Virus record (IMG/VR): IMGVR_UViG_3300008261_000396
Span: 1-53,205 of that record
Strand: one strand, 5' to 3'
Length of the DNA stretch: 53,205 nucleotides
From: a virus
Lineage: Duplodnaviria > Caudoviricetes
The translations under genes and the position numbers were made by a program. Every line of letters starts with the position of its first letter. The stretch's first letter is position 1. The notes under the pieces are model-generated. The model was not told where the DNA came from, did no database searches, and saw only the letters and a program-made list of their open reading frames with translations. Below, piece by piece: positions 9,328-19,735 of this stretch.

Positions 9328-9867
9328 ATGGAAACTTGTAATAAATGTAATATTTGTAATTATGTAAAATGCAATTGTGTGGAATCAACACCACCAGTTG
9401 TAGATTGCCCTACACCAAATAAGTGTGGTGACAAAGAAATGTTTACATCTGATTGTTTTGACTTTACAAGTTCTCCTATCAAGTGTGGAAACAAAAGTGT
9501 TATATATGCAAATAATACTCTTACTCAAGCATTATCAAATGTAGTTGAATTTTTGTGTGATAAGAAATGTAAATTGGATGTAACAATTAGTAATACAAAT
9601 CCTTTTGAATTAACAGCAAATGTTGCAAACGGTGTTGCACCTTATACATACTTGTGGAGTTCACCATCAAGTGGTTTTGTTGGACATAATACGGGGGGTG
9701 TTGTTAATAATCAAACTGTTACATTTGCACCTACTGAAAATTCATTTCTCAATGGTACACAAACTTATAATGTGAATAGAACAATATTTATGGTTACAGT
9801 TACAGATGCAAATGGTTGTACTCAAGAAGCTTATTATAGATATGTTAGTAAATCATCAATAACTTAA
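9328..9867 (+). CDS. Cys-rich fibre-associated protein with SprB-like repeat
   Basis: GVAPYTYLW (9631) ... VTVTDANGC (9794). Confidence 0.72.
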   Translation: METCNKCNICNYVKCNCVESTPPVVDCPTPNKCGDKEMFTSDCFDFTSSPIKCGNKSVIYANNTLTQALSNVVEFLCDKKCKLDVTISNTNPFELTANVANGVAPYTYLWSSPSSGFVGHNTGGVVNNQTVTFAPTENSFLNGTQTYNVNRTIFMVTVTDANGCTQEAYYRYVSKSSIT

Positions 9868-9872
9868 TTTTT

Positions 9873-11348
9873 ATGAGTAGTTTATCAAATTGTCAAGATT
9901 GCGCAGGCTTTTCACTTACTCAACCAGAACCATGTATTACACAAGCATGCATTCAATCTAATAAGTGTTCAGAGATATTAGATGCTGCATGTATAAGTTT
10001 TAAAGGTAATAACTTAACATGTGATGGATATACAATTGTAGAAAATGGTCAGAATATAGAAAGTGTTATTCAGAACTTATTTTCTTATGTATGTGAAGAA
10101 TGTGATCTGACTGTAAATATAACCGGAGCAGAAGCATCCTACCCTTCCCTTACCTCAGTAGTATCAGGAGGTACAGCACCATATACTTATTCTTGGAGCA
10201 TTGTACAAGCAAATGCAGTTGCTCATAATATTATAGGACCTACTAATGAAAGTACATTAAACTTAGAAACAGTAAGTATAAACTCATTATTGTCTAATGT
10301 GCCTTTTGCTTGTGAAATTTTAACACTTGAAAATACATTAGCATTTCAAAAGTTATATACTTATGTTGATTGTAATGGTGAACGAGTAAATTTAACATTA
10401 GCTGCAGGTGAAACATCAGAAATTTTTTGTAAGCATAATTGGCTTACTCCTCTACAACCTACAGATATTGTAACTACTATAGGAACTACTTGTGATCAAA
10501 GAAAATTTGTTAAATCTACATTTGTAAGATTAGATGTAACAGATGCTAAAGGATGTACTAAAGCTACATACTTTGACTATGCATGTGATTGTTATGTTCA
10601 ACCTATGGATACTCCGGGTGAATATACTGAGTATATAGGTGGGGATTTACTATTAACTGATTTTGTTATTCCTGATGCTAATTTCTTAGATAGAGAAGAT
10701 CAAATAATATCTTGTGATGAATTAAAAAACTTTAGTTGCAATGGTACTGATGATCCTTTAGTAAATCAATATAGAACTGTAAGAGATTTATTCAATAAAG
10801 CAAGTGTTTGTAAAGTTATAAGTGAACAAAAAGGAGTAACTTTTGATGATCCTTTAAATGGTTGTGATACTCAAGATTATAATTTTACACCTTGGGAACC
10901 AGGAAATTTAGCTGATCAAACAATAGTATATAAAGGAAGATTATCATTAGCTAAAATAGATTATGGCTGTCCAGAATATACATTCTGGAGATGGGATAAT
11001 ATTGTTTATCCTCAATTAAATAATCAAACACTTGCTCAAAGATTACCTAATGTAAAAACAAATATGAAGGTATTGCCTGCTGCAACACTAATAGTAGACA
11101 TACCTACAACAGGAGTAGAAGGTGAATGGTTATATTGTTTTGAAGATAGTAATTATTATGCTTGGGATCCTGTATTAAATGCTTTTTCATTTGTATTAGG
11201 TAATATAATAAATGCGGATATTGATGGTATTAAAAGAGCAAGAAGAGATGCTCAAATAAAAGCTTTTGGTCAAATGATTTTAGCACAAGATCCTTTTCTT
11301 TGGGCTGTTGATATATTTTTGCACAGATATAAATATGAATTAATTTAA
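9873..11348 (+). CDS. Cys-rich fibre-associated protein with an interrupted SprB-like repeat and a unique C-terminal domain
   Basis: GGTAPYTYSW (10167) ... VTDAKGC (10536); shares the paralogous N-domain. Confidence 0.72.
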   Translation: MSSLSNCQDCAGFSLTQPEPCITQACIQSNKCSEILDAACISFKGNNLTCDGYTIVENGQNIESVIQNLFSYVCEECDLTVNITGAEASYPSLTSVVSGGTAPYTYSWSIVQANAVAHNIIGPTNESTLNLETVSINSLLSNVPFACEILTLENTLAFQKLYTYVDCNGERVNLTLAAGETSEIFCKHNWLTPLQPTDIVTTIGTTCDQRKFVKSTFVRLDVTDAKGCTKATYFDYACDCYVQPMDTPGEYTEYIGGDLLLTDFVIPDANFLDREDQIISCDELKNFSCNGTDDPLVNQYRTVRDLFNKASVCKVISEQKGVTFDDPLNGCDTQDYNFTPWEPGNLADQTIVYKGRLSLAKIDYGCPEYTFWRWDNIVYPQLNNQTLAQRLPNVKTNMKVLPAATLIVDIPTTGVEGEWLYCFEDSNYYAWDPVLNAFSFVLGNIINADIDGIKRARRDAQIKAFGQMILAQDPFLWAVDIFLHRYKYELI

Positions 11349-11352
11349 GATT

Positions 11353-11913
11353 ATGGATCCATTTGATTATGTATTTTATAATGCATTAGGTAATACTTGT
11401 AATGGTTATACAACTACAGTAGAAAATTTATCTATTGATGATTTTGCTTCTACTAGAAATGCTACTAAAGCTGCTTATAAAAAAGCACTAGATGATTATT
11501 TTGTAACAATGATACCTGGTAAATATTTTGATCCTGATACAGGAGCATTATGCACAGGTTGTATTGATCAAAATGATTTGAACAGACTAATAGATTTTAT
11601 ACAAGGTCCTGGTGGTATATTTGAGTATTTTGAAAAAGACTACCGTGATGTAGAACTTAGATTTTGGAATTCACTTTATCCTACAGGACATCCTGATAAA
11701 AAGACAGGAACTGTAACATCAAGTTCAACTTTTAATAAAGTATATCCTATGGGTCAAATAGTAACTGTTACTATTACTACAGACTACACAAATGCTCAAG
11801 CTCCTAACAGAGCTTTATATGATGAGTTTAGACAAAAGCTTGGAATATTTTTACAGAAATTAAAAGAGTATCATTATTTAAGTTTAAAGATGCCTTTCAC
11901 AACCGTTAGTTAG
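11353..11913 (+). CDS. Hypothetical protein
   Basis: 186-aa ORF tightly packed in the operon, followed by a terminator. Confidence 0.75.
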   Translation: MDPFDYVFYNALGNTCNGYTTTVENLSIDDFASTRNATKAAYKKALDDYFVTMIPGKYFDPDTGALCTGCIDQNDLNRLIDFIQGPGGIFEYFEKDYRDVELRFWNSLYPTGHPDKKTGTVTSSSTFNKVYPMGQIVTVTITTDYTNAQAPNRALYDEFRQKLGIFLQKLKEYHYLSLKMPFTTVS

Positions 11914-11946
11914 TTGAAGTTTGTTGGTTTATTCTTACAACTACGG

Positions 11947-11980
11947 ACAAACCCCTGCACTTGTAGGGGTTTTGTTTTAT
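11947..11980 (+). terminator. Rho-independent terminator
   Basis: ACAAACCCCTGC-ACTT-GTAGGGGTTTTGT hairpin followed by TTTAT. Confidence 0.85.
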
Positions 11981-12019
11981 AGCTATATTTGCTAAACTAA
12001 CTAATTTTTACTATATTAT
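11961..12019 (+). promoter_or_regulatory. Two overlapping promoter candidates: TTG-N20-TATATTTG (11961-11991, canonical Bacteroidota -7) and TTTG-N20-TATATTAT (11988-12019)
   Basis: Exact TAnnTTTG match at 11984-11991; second motif shared with other intergenic regions. Confidence 0.5.
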
Positions 12020-12020
12020 T

Positions 12021-12602
12021 ATGAGAGAGTTTAAGAAACCTGACTTATCAGCACCAAGGTATAGACCTGAAGTACTTACACTTTTGAATAAAGAGTTCTT
12101 TGATAGCTTTAGAAAGAAATATCCTAAGTATAGTGCTTATGATAATAAAGCTTTAAAAGACATTGCTAAAGCATTTAATAAAGCATTGTATACAATGGTA
12201 ATTGACAATAGAGACGGAGTGCAAATACCAGAACAAATAGGATGGCTTTTTATTGGAACATGTCAACACAGTAAGAAGAAGAACATTGACTTTGCTAAAT
12301 CAAATCAATATGGTGTAGAAGTATCAAATAATAATTTTGCAACAGATGGAAAGCTTGCTAAAATATTTTTTACAAACTATGCACCAAAGCATAAAATAAA
12401 GAACAGAGAGTTTTGGAGTTTTGTTGCATGTAGAGATTTTAAAAGAGCGGTAGCTAAATCATATCCTGAAAATTGGAACATGTATTTAGTGATACAAAAT
12501 ACAAAAGCAATTAAAGAAGTATATCTTAAATTGCAGTATGAAAAAATAAATAATAAAGAGACTTTAAAAAAACTAGAGTCTTATAATGAATTTGACTTAT
12601 GA
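12021..12602 (+). CDS. IHF/HU-like DNA-binding protein of crAss-like phages
   Basis: Helix-helix then FNKAL...VQIPEQIGWLFI resembles the HU/IHF fold; conserved position before the ring genes. Confidence 0.6.
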   Translation: MREFKKPDLSAPRYRPEVLTLLNKEFFDSFRKKYPKYSAYDNKALKDIAKAFNKALYTMVIDNRDGVQIPEQIGWLFIGTCQHSKKKNIDFAKSNQYGVEVSNNNFATDGKLAKIFFTNYAPKHKIKNREFWSFVACRDFKRAVAKSYPENWNMYLVIQNTKAIKEVYLKLQYEKINNKETLKKLESYNEFDL

Positions 12603-13270
12603 CTACAGTAGGAGAAGCAATATCAAGAGTTAGGAATACACTGAAGGCTGTTAAAGAAGATGCATTCTTGACAGACCGTGTAATCTATTACTCTATTGTA
12701 AAGTATGGCCAGACTCTTCTTAAAAGAGAAGACAATCAATATAGATTGATGCAGATAAGTAATATATTTTCTGTATTACCTTATGTGGAATTAATTGATG
12801 TTGACAAAATAGAAGCTGGATGTACTGGTGTATATTCAGATTGTTATTTCAAAAGAACTAAGGAAAAAATTCCAGATATACTTTCTGGTTTATTTGGACC
12901 TATTATACGTACTGTATCTTCAATAGATAGCTCAGAAGTTATCTTCAGAACTAATCCTGGTACTTGGGTTTCTATAACTAAATCTACTACATTCAAATAT
13001 AATAAGAGAAAATACTTTTGGTTCCTAAATGGCTACTTGTATTTTCCAAATTTACTTTGGGATGCAGTAAGAGTAGAAGCTATATTCCAAGGTGATAAAG
13101 GAGATTTCTTATGTGATCCAGAAGAACAGTGTAAGCTTAAACAAGATATTGCATTACCATTTCCAGAATACTTATTTTCTGAAATTGAACAGATGGTAGT
13201 TAAAGAGTTAGCAATGTCATTACAAATTCCTACTGACGGACCAGATGATGGTCAAAATACTTTAAGATAA
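12599..13270 (+). CDS. Tail ring protein
   Basis: MTTVGEAISRVR...DAFLTDRVIY N-terminus and YFWFLNGYLYF; ATGA overlap; synteny. Confidence 0.65.
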   Translation: MTTVGEAISRVRNTLKAVKEDAFLTDRVIYYSIVKYGQTLLKREDNQYRLMQISNIFSVLPYVELIDVDKIEAGCTGVYSDCYFKRTKEKIPDILSGLFGPIIRTVSSIDSSEVIFRTNPGTWVSITKSTTFKYNKRKYFWFLNGYLYFPNLLWDAVRVEAIFQGDKGDFLCDPEEQCKLKQDIALPFPEYLFSEIEQMVVKELAMSLQIPTDGPDDGQNTLR

Positions 13271-14325
13271 TGGACTTCAACTACACAATAAAATACAGAA
13301 CCTTTGATCAGTTGATGGAAGATGTTCTAATTGATCTACCAACATTTGCATTGGAAAATATGATAGATCCTCAGCAGTTAATTAAACTTGCTAGAAAAAT
13401 CAATTATGACTTAGGTTTGAGACTTAATCAAACTAAAGAAGTTGTATTGGATGTTTGTCATGGTAGAGTTAAATTGCCAGATGATTTTTATGTGTGGAAC
13501 TACGGTCTTATTTGTTATGATAGAGTAGAGCATGTAGGTTATGATGGTATGGTGGGTGGAACTAATATACAGGAAGTTCCTTGGAATCCTGTAAAGTACC
13601 AAGAAGCACCAGCAACAATCAATACTTGCGCTGCTCCTACAGTAAATTGTAGAACATGTAACTCTAATCCATGTAATCATACAGCAGCATGTGAAGCAAA
13701 TGTAGCACCTACAGATGTTATTCCAACAGAGTATGATCCTAACAATCCATATGGGAATACATGTATTGCTCCAAGAGTATTTGTAAACTGCAAAGGTGAA
13801 AGTTATGAACTTGTTCAAGTTGTAAGATCCGGTGCAGTCAGAACATATAAAACACTTGTTCAACTTAGAATGAAAGCAAGTCAGAACATAGAATGTGAAT
13901 GTCCTAACTTGTATTACAATGGTCCTGATCAAGGTTGGCTTAAAGATGGTTTCTTATTTACTACATTTCAAGATGGTCATGTATATATAAACTATCAAGG
14001 AGAGCTTATTGATGATAATGGAAACATAATGGTTCCTGATCATCCAAGACTTAATGATTACTATGAGTATGCATTTAAGAAAAGAATATTTGAAAACCTA
14101 GCACTTAATGGTGAGAACATTGGTCAAAGATTACAGATCATATTACCTGAGTTAAAAGATGCTAGAGTTAATGCATTAAACTTTGTTAATACTCCAAACT
14201 TTAAAGAGATGGAGCAATTATGGTGGACTAACAGAAGAGCACAGTATTCTAAATACTATGACATGTTTAAAGCTCCAACATTTGGAAACTATGCAAGATT
14301 AAATTATAATACTAAAGTGATATAA
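13270..14325 (+). CDS. Tail tubular / ring protein with a Cys-rich insertion
   Basis: GRVKLPDDF...GFLFTTFQDGHVYINY...DDNGNIMVPD motifs typical of crAss-like tail tubular proteins; immediately precedes the muzzle gene. Confidence 0.7.
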   Translation: MDFNYTIKYRTFDQLMEDVLIDLPTFALENMIDPQQLIKLARKINYDLGLRLNQTKEVVLDVCHGRVKLPDDFYVWNYGLICYDRVEHVGYDGMVGGTNIQEVPWNPVKYQEAPATINTCAAPTVNCRTCNSNPCNHTAACEANVAPTDVIPTEYDPNNPYGNTCIAPRVFVNCKGESYELVQVVRSGAVRTYKTLVQLRMKASQNIECECPNLYYNGPDQGWLKDGFLFTTFQDGHVYINYQGELIDDNGNIMVPDHPRLNDYYEYAFKKRIFENLALNGENIGQRLQIILPELKDARVNALNFVNTPNFKEMEQLWWTNRRAQYSKYYDMFKAPTFGNYARLNYNTKVI

Positions 14326-14326
14326 G

Positions 14327-17300
14327 ATGGCTGGTAATATGCAAGATACTTCACAGAATATTACTGACAGTTTCATAAAGGGTCTGAATAAAGATTCAGA
14401 TCCATCATATGTAACTGAAGGAATGTGGACACATGCTGTAAACATGGTCAACAATTCTAAAACAGGTAGAGTAGGTTCATTATCTAATGAGTCTTCCAAT
14501 TATATTTGTTTTGAATCAGGTAAATTTTTTCCACCACAGGTTACAGAAAAGTATGTAATTGGTGCAATATATTTATACTCTGATAAATGGGTTATACTTA
14601 CTGCAGGACATAACTCATTAGGTCAACCTATCAATTCTGAAATAGGATTGTTTGAGGAAGAGAACTGTGTTTACAGACCAATTGTAATTGATCCTTGTTT
14701 AAAATTTGACAAAAGATTTTTGATATCAGGTACATCAAGACAAAGAGAAGATTGTACTTGGCAAATATATTGGGCTGATGGTTTAAATCCTGATAGATTT
14801 TTAAATATTGGAGATGCTCAAACTTGGCCATCATTAGATGATCATATATTTGGAGGTTCTACAGGAGTAAATGCTAACTATTATTTATTAAAAAATACTA
14901 GTACAAAAGTACTTTGGCCAGGTGTACAGTGGAATGAAAAATGTAAGATCATCAATGACTGTAACATATGTGAAAATGTAAATACTCTAGATTGTGAAAG
15001 AATAAGATTAGCTAGATTAATGACTACACCATGTCTTAAATTAAAGTTAGGACAAACCGGTGGTACTTTAGCTAATGGTACTTATTTTGTAGTTATTGCA
15101 TATTTAATAAATGGTCAAAAGGTTACAGATTATTTTTCACAAAGTAACTATCAGTTTATATATTCTCCAGATGATCTTAAAGGTTCATTAGATTTAGAAG
15201 TTGAAGCTGATAGATTAAATTTTGATGAGTTTGAGTTAGTAATAGTGAGTTGTACAAATCAACAAACTGTTGCTAAGAGAATGGGTGTTTATTCAACAAA
15301 CACTTCAGCAATATCATTTGATCAAATAGATCCGTCTAATATCTCAATCCCATTAGAGCAATTACCATTAAGAACTCCAGTGTTTGAAACCAGTGATCAA
15401 ATGGCAGAGTTAAATACTTACTTGTTAAGAGTAGGGCCTAAATCTAAATTTGATTTTAATTACCAGCCTTTGGCTAATATGATTAAAACTAAGTGGGCTT
15501 CTGTAGAATATCCTGCTGACTATTACATAAAAGGTGGTAATAAGACAAACTATCTTAGAGATGAAGTATATTCATTCTTTATTAGATGGGTGTATAACAC
15601 AGGAGATAAAACAGCTTCTTACCATATTCCGGGAAGAGCACCTAGAAACTTCACTGTTCCTACAACAGGTGTATCATACAAAGAAGATTCTACTTTAAAT
15701 GGAGATACAAATACTCTAACCACCAATGAAAAAGTATTTGAAGTTTATAATACTGCTACATCAGATAATAACAATTCATTAATTGGTACAAAGACAGATG
15801 ATGGAGGAACTGTTTTAGCAACAGGAGACATGGGATACTGGCAATCAACAGAGTCATATCCTGATAATAGACCAGATATCTGGAATCCAAGTAGTATATG
15901 TTGGACTGGAGCTACAGATGATTCTTTTGATTTATGTGGTAAGTATATTAGACATCATAAGTTTCCTGAAGATTTTATTAATAATAATAGCACAGAAAAT
16001 GTAATCAGATTTAGAAGTACACCTGCTCCACAATCTAATGTAGGTAATGATTATTTTATCAGATTACTTGGAGTATTTTTTGAAAATATCCAAATGCCAA
16101 AAGATAATGATGGCAATGATATACCAGGAATTGCAGGCTATGAAATACTTAGAGGATCTAGAGAGGGTAACAAGACTATTGTTGCTAAAGGTATGGTTAA
16201 TAACTACAGAACTTACGCTATTGCAGGTAATAATAATTACACAGGTTTGTATGCTAATTACCCGTTTAATACAATTACTCCAATAAGTTCAGTTTTAGGT
16301 GGTAATGTTCAAGGTCAGTCAGATCCATTTATTAAAGCAGGTCTTAAAGCTACGGTACCTACTGATGTAATTAGTTTTCACTCACCTGATACAATGTTCA
16401 GAACCCCCTTCTTATCAACTCCTGAGTTTAAACTATATGGTCATTTACAAGGTTTGTCAAATCAACAATTTGTTCAACCATCAGATCACCCTAAGTTTAA
16501 ATTACTTTCTGATGCTACAGTTGCTGTAATGATAATATTTGGTATTATGGAAGCTCTTATATCTACAGTAGGTAAAAGAACAACTGTCCAAGCAGGTCCA
16601 GGATTTCAAAGTTTGGTAGGACCTGATACAGAAGGTGAACCAATTAGTGGTGGTGGTGGTAATTTTACGTCTAATACAATAATAAGTGGTTTTGGTGGTG
16701 GTACAGCAAGTTTAAACGGATCATTTGCAGCTAATTCAGGTGGTAAAATTGTAACAAAAGCTGAAGAATATACACAAACATCAAAAGGTGCATTTGCAAC
16801 TGCTGTTGGGACATTTGAGGGAGCTCTTGCAAACTATAACAATGTTGCAGGTGCTTTACCAGATGCTATAACTACACAAGATCTTTTAGGTAAAATTTAT
16901 GAAACTGCAGCTGTTACAAATGTATCAAAAATAGGTGCTGTGTATACAGCTCCTATTTTACAAACAGAATTATCAAAAACAAGTTATTTACCATTACCAT
17001 TAAGATTACTTAATAACGTAAGTAATATTGCTACATACTTTTCTCAAGGTGTTGATATTGCACTTAAAATATTATATGCTGTAACATCTTACAAACCATT
17101 TGCTCTTCAAATGAAAGCTTATGGTTATTATTCTCAAATGCAACCTGTAGGAAATACTGATACAAAAAGATTTACACTTGAGGATGCTTTTTATTTAAGG
17201 GATAATATTCAACAGATGAGTAAGTATCTTGATCATACTGGTGTATACAGATCATATAGTATTAATAATTTAAAAAGACCTGCTACAGTTACATTAAGAG

Positions 17301-19735
17301 TTAAGAATGGAAGTAATCAAAATATAGGTCCTAAAGATTTAAATATTGATCAATCATTAGTTACGCTAGGTACTTTAAAACAAGTTAAAGGTGTTTCATT
17401 ACCTAGTTTTGGTTTAAATGATACAGATGAACCCTTTAGTTTACCGATAGCAAGTCACTATGGTGCACTTAAAGGTAGAGTAAGAAATCAGTATGGTCAA
17501 TTAGATTCAGTAAAACAGATTACAATTACTAATTGTGAACAAAAAATTACTCCAAGTATGTTAGCTGAAGTTACTCCAGTTGTATGTAATTCAGTTAATA
17601 AGAAAAGATTTTTAATTTCTAAGTCACCAATATTTTTTGGAGGAGATACTTATATAAATAGATACACTGAAAAAAATAACATGTGTTTCTTTTATGATTG
17701 GTTATATGATCAACCAGATGGATTTGAATATAATTACTATTTAAAAAGTATGATTCCTCACCCAAGGTTTAGATTAAATAGTCAGTTGTATGATTCAAGT
17801 GATTTAGCAAGTATTTTTACTGATTTTGCAAATTTTGCTAGTAATGCTCAAACTCCAGGTACAGGTCCATTACCTTCTAATTTTTATAATTTAGATTATT
17901 TTGAAGGTTCTCAATTTTATAACTATAATACTGATAAAGCTTCTAATTATCCTGGGTTCTTTATTTGTAGAGATTCATACTTTTATTTAGCAGCATCATC
18001 AATAAGAGATTTCTTTGTTGAGTCAGAAGTACTACTAGACTTTAGAAAACAAGCAGATAACATTGGTAATAAATTTTATGATCCTTATAGATATACTAAC
18101 TACCAAGAGATGTTTGATATGAATCCACAAATCATGGGAGTAAATTCTTTTTACCAATATGATTATTCATTAAGTGTTAGTAAACTGTACAACCAATATT
18201 TTTCATTGGGATCAATGCAAAGTAGATACTATAACCCAAATATATCTGAGTTATGTTATACATACTATCCTAATAGAATTATTTACTCATTACCACAACA
18301 AGATGAAGCTATAAAAGACAGCTGGTTTGTATACTTAGTAAACAACTATAAAACATTCAAGTCTCAAATTAGTGGTGTAAAACCTATAAACAAATCAGGT
18401 ATTATAATCACTTTTAAGAATGATAGTCCTTTGATGTTCCAAGGTGTTGATACACTTCAAACTGATTTAGGAACAAAAGTTACTATTGGAGATGGTGGTT
18501 TATTTAGTCAACCTTCCCAAGCTGTAGCAAACTCTGATAAAGCATATGAATACGGTGCTTCTCAGAATAGACTTTCTGTAATATCCACACCGGTGGGTAT
18601 ATTTTATATATCTCAGGCTGCAGGTAAAATATTCTCATATGGTCAAGGACTTCAGGAATTATCTCAACAGGGGATGAAATGGTGGTTTACACTTTTCCTA
18701 CCTTACAAATTAACAGTTGACTTTCCTTTATATCCTTATCAAGATAATCCAGTAGCTGGTATTGGATGTCAATCAGTATTTGATAATACTAATACTATAC
18801 TATACTTCTGTAAGAAGGACTATCAGTTGATTGATTCATATAAAAATAGAACAACTTATGTACCTTTAAAATCTGACGGTACAGGAGATTACTTTATAGT
18901 GGATAATGATCCAGCTTTCCAATATAGATTGGGTGATTCTAAAATATTTAGAGATGCTTCCTGGACAATAAGTTATGACCCTAAGAGTCAATTCTGGATT
19001 AGTTTTCATGACTGGCATCCAGATTTATTATTACCTACTAAAGATGTATTTATATCAACAAAAGGTGCTGGTGGTTGGAGACATAACTGGTTGTGTGATT
19101 CTTATTGTAATTACTATGGTAATGATTATGCATGTGAAATAGATATTCCAATTGTGTCAGGTCAAACTATTACTACTACAAGATCTATTGAATATATAAT
19201 GGAAGCTTATAGAAAAGCTGATAACTGTGTAGATTCACATCATGTATTAGATTTTAACTTTGATACTGCTGTTGTATATAACTCAGAACAAGTATCTGGA
19301 TACTTAAACTTAAACTTGTATCCTAAAAATGATTTGATATTAGCTAGACAGTATCCAAAATTAAATCTGAATAATAATTCTTTTGATATATTATTTTCAA
19401 AAGAAGAGAATAAATATAGATTCAATCAGTTTTGGGATATTACTAAAGACAGAGGTGAGTTCCCAATTGGAAGTACTTATCCTGCAACAGGACCTGTTAT
19501 ACCTAACACAACAATATTAAATGGTAACTATGCAGGTGAAACTACATGGATTACTGAACCGGACGGTTTTAGAAGAGAACTTAATTTTAATAATTTAGAT
19601 TATTCAAAACCAGAATTTCAAAGAAAAAAGTTCAGACATTACATGAGTTTTGTTAATTTAAAGAAAAATAAATCTGGTAATACCAATATTATTTTGAAAA
19701 TTAGTAATAGTAAAAATGAAATTTCTTTAAGATAA
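14327..19735 (+). CDS. Tail stabilization / muzzle protein
   Basis: 1802 aa; FIKGLNKD, YWADGLNPDR, YLRDEVYSFFI, FGGDTYINRY, IGDGGLF, WTISY...WISFHDW motifs. Confidence 0.8.
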   Translation: MAGNMQDTSQNITDSFIKGLNKDSDPSYVTEGMWTHAVNMVNNSKTGRVGSLSNESSNYICFESGKFFPPQVTEKYVIGAIYLYSDKWVILTAGHNSLGQPINSEIGLFEEENCVYRPIVIDPCLKFDKRFLISGTSRQREDCTWQIYWADGLNPDRFLNIGDAQTWPSLDDHIFGGSTGVNANYYLLKNTSTKVLWPGVQWNEKCKIINDCNICENVNTLDCERIRLARLMTTPCLKLKLGQTGGTLANGTYFVVIAYLINGQKVTDYFSQSNYQFIYSPDDLKGSLDLEVEADRLNFDEFELVIVSCTNQQTVAKRMGVYSTNTSAISFDQIDPSNISIPLEQLPLRTPVFETSDQMAELNTYLLRVGPKSKFDFNYQPLANMIKTKWASVEYPADYYIKGGNKTNYLRDEVYSFFIRWVYNTGDKTASYHIPGRAPRNFTVPTTGVSYKEDSTLNGDTNTLTTNEKVFEVYNTATSDNNNSLIGTKTDDGGTVLATGDMGYWQSTESYPDNRPDIWNPSSICWTGATDDSFDLCGKYIRHHKFPEDFINNNSTENVIRFRSTPAPQSNVGNDYFIRLLGVFFENIQMPKDNDGNDIPGIAGYEILRGSREGNKTIVAKGMVNNYRTYAIAGNNNYTGLYANYPFNTITPISSVLGGNVQGQSDPFIKAGLKATVPTDVISFHSPDTMFRTPFLSTPEFKLYGHLQGLSNQQFVQPSDHPKFKLLSDATVAVMIIFGIMEALISTVGKRTTVQAGPGFQSLVGPDTEGEPISGGGGNFTSNTIISGFGGGTASLNGSFAANSGGKIVTKAEEYTQTSKGAFATAVGTFEGALANYNNVAGALPDAITTQDLLGKIYETAAVTNVSKIGAVYTAPILQTELSKTSYLPLPLRLLNNVSNIATYFSQGVDIALKILYAVTSYKPFALQMKAYGYYSQMQPVGNTDTKRFTLEDAFYLRDNIQQMSKYLDHTGVYRSYSINNLKRPATVTLRVKNGSNQNIGPKDLNIDQSLVTLGTLKQVKGVSLPSFGLNDTDEPFSLPIASHYGALKGRVRNQYGQLDSVKQITITNCEQKITPSMLAEVTPVVCNSVNKKRFLISKSPIFFGGDTYINRYTEKNNMCFFYDWLYDQPDGFEYNYYLKSMIPHPRFRLNSQLYDSSDLASIFTDFANFASNAQTPGTGPLPSNFYNLDYFEGSQFYNYNTDKASNYPGFFICRDSYFYLAASSIRDFFVESEVLLDFRKQADNIGNKFYDPYRYTNYQEMFDMNPQIMGVNSFYQYDYSLSVSKLYNQYFSLGSMQSRYYNPNISELCYTYYPNRIIYSLPQQDEAIKDSWFVYLVNNYKTFKSQISGVKPINKSGIIITFKNDSPLMFQGVDTLQTDLGTKVTIGDGGLFSQPSQAVANSDKAYEYGASQNRLSVISTPVGIFYISQAAGKIFSYGQGLQELSQQGMKWWFTLFLPYKLTVDFPLYPYQDNPVAGIGCQSVFDNTNTILYFCKKDYQLIDSYKNRTTYVPLKSDGTGDYFIVDNDPAFQYRLGDSKIFRDASWTISYDPKSQFWISFHDWHPDLLLPTKDVFISTKGAGGWRHNWLCDSYCNYYGNDYACEIDIPIVSGQTITTTRSIEYIMEAYRKADNCVDSHHVLDFNFDTAVVYNSEQVSGYLNLNLYPKNDLILARQYPKLNLNNNSFDILFSKEENKYRFNQFWDITKDRGEFPIGSTYPATGPVIPNTTILNGNYAGETTWITEPDGFRRELNFNNLDYSKPEFQRKKFRHYMSFVNLKKNKSGNTNIILKISNSKNEISLR

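Noticed and set aside
11911-11943. Second hairpin TAGTTGAAG...CTTACAACTA before the terminator, as a possible small RNA
   Set aside because: The stem is weak, bulged and single-copy, with no independent support.
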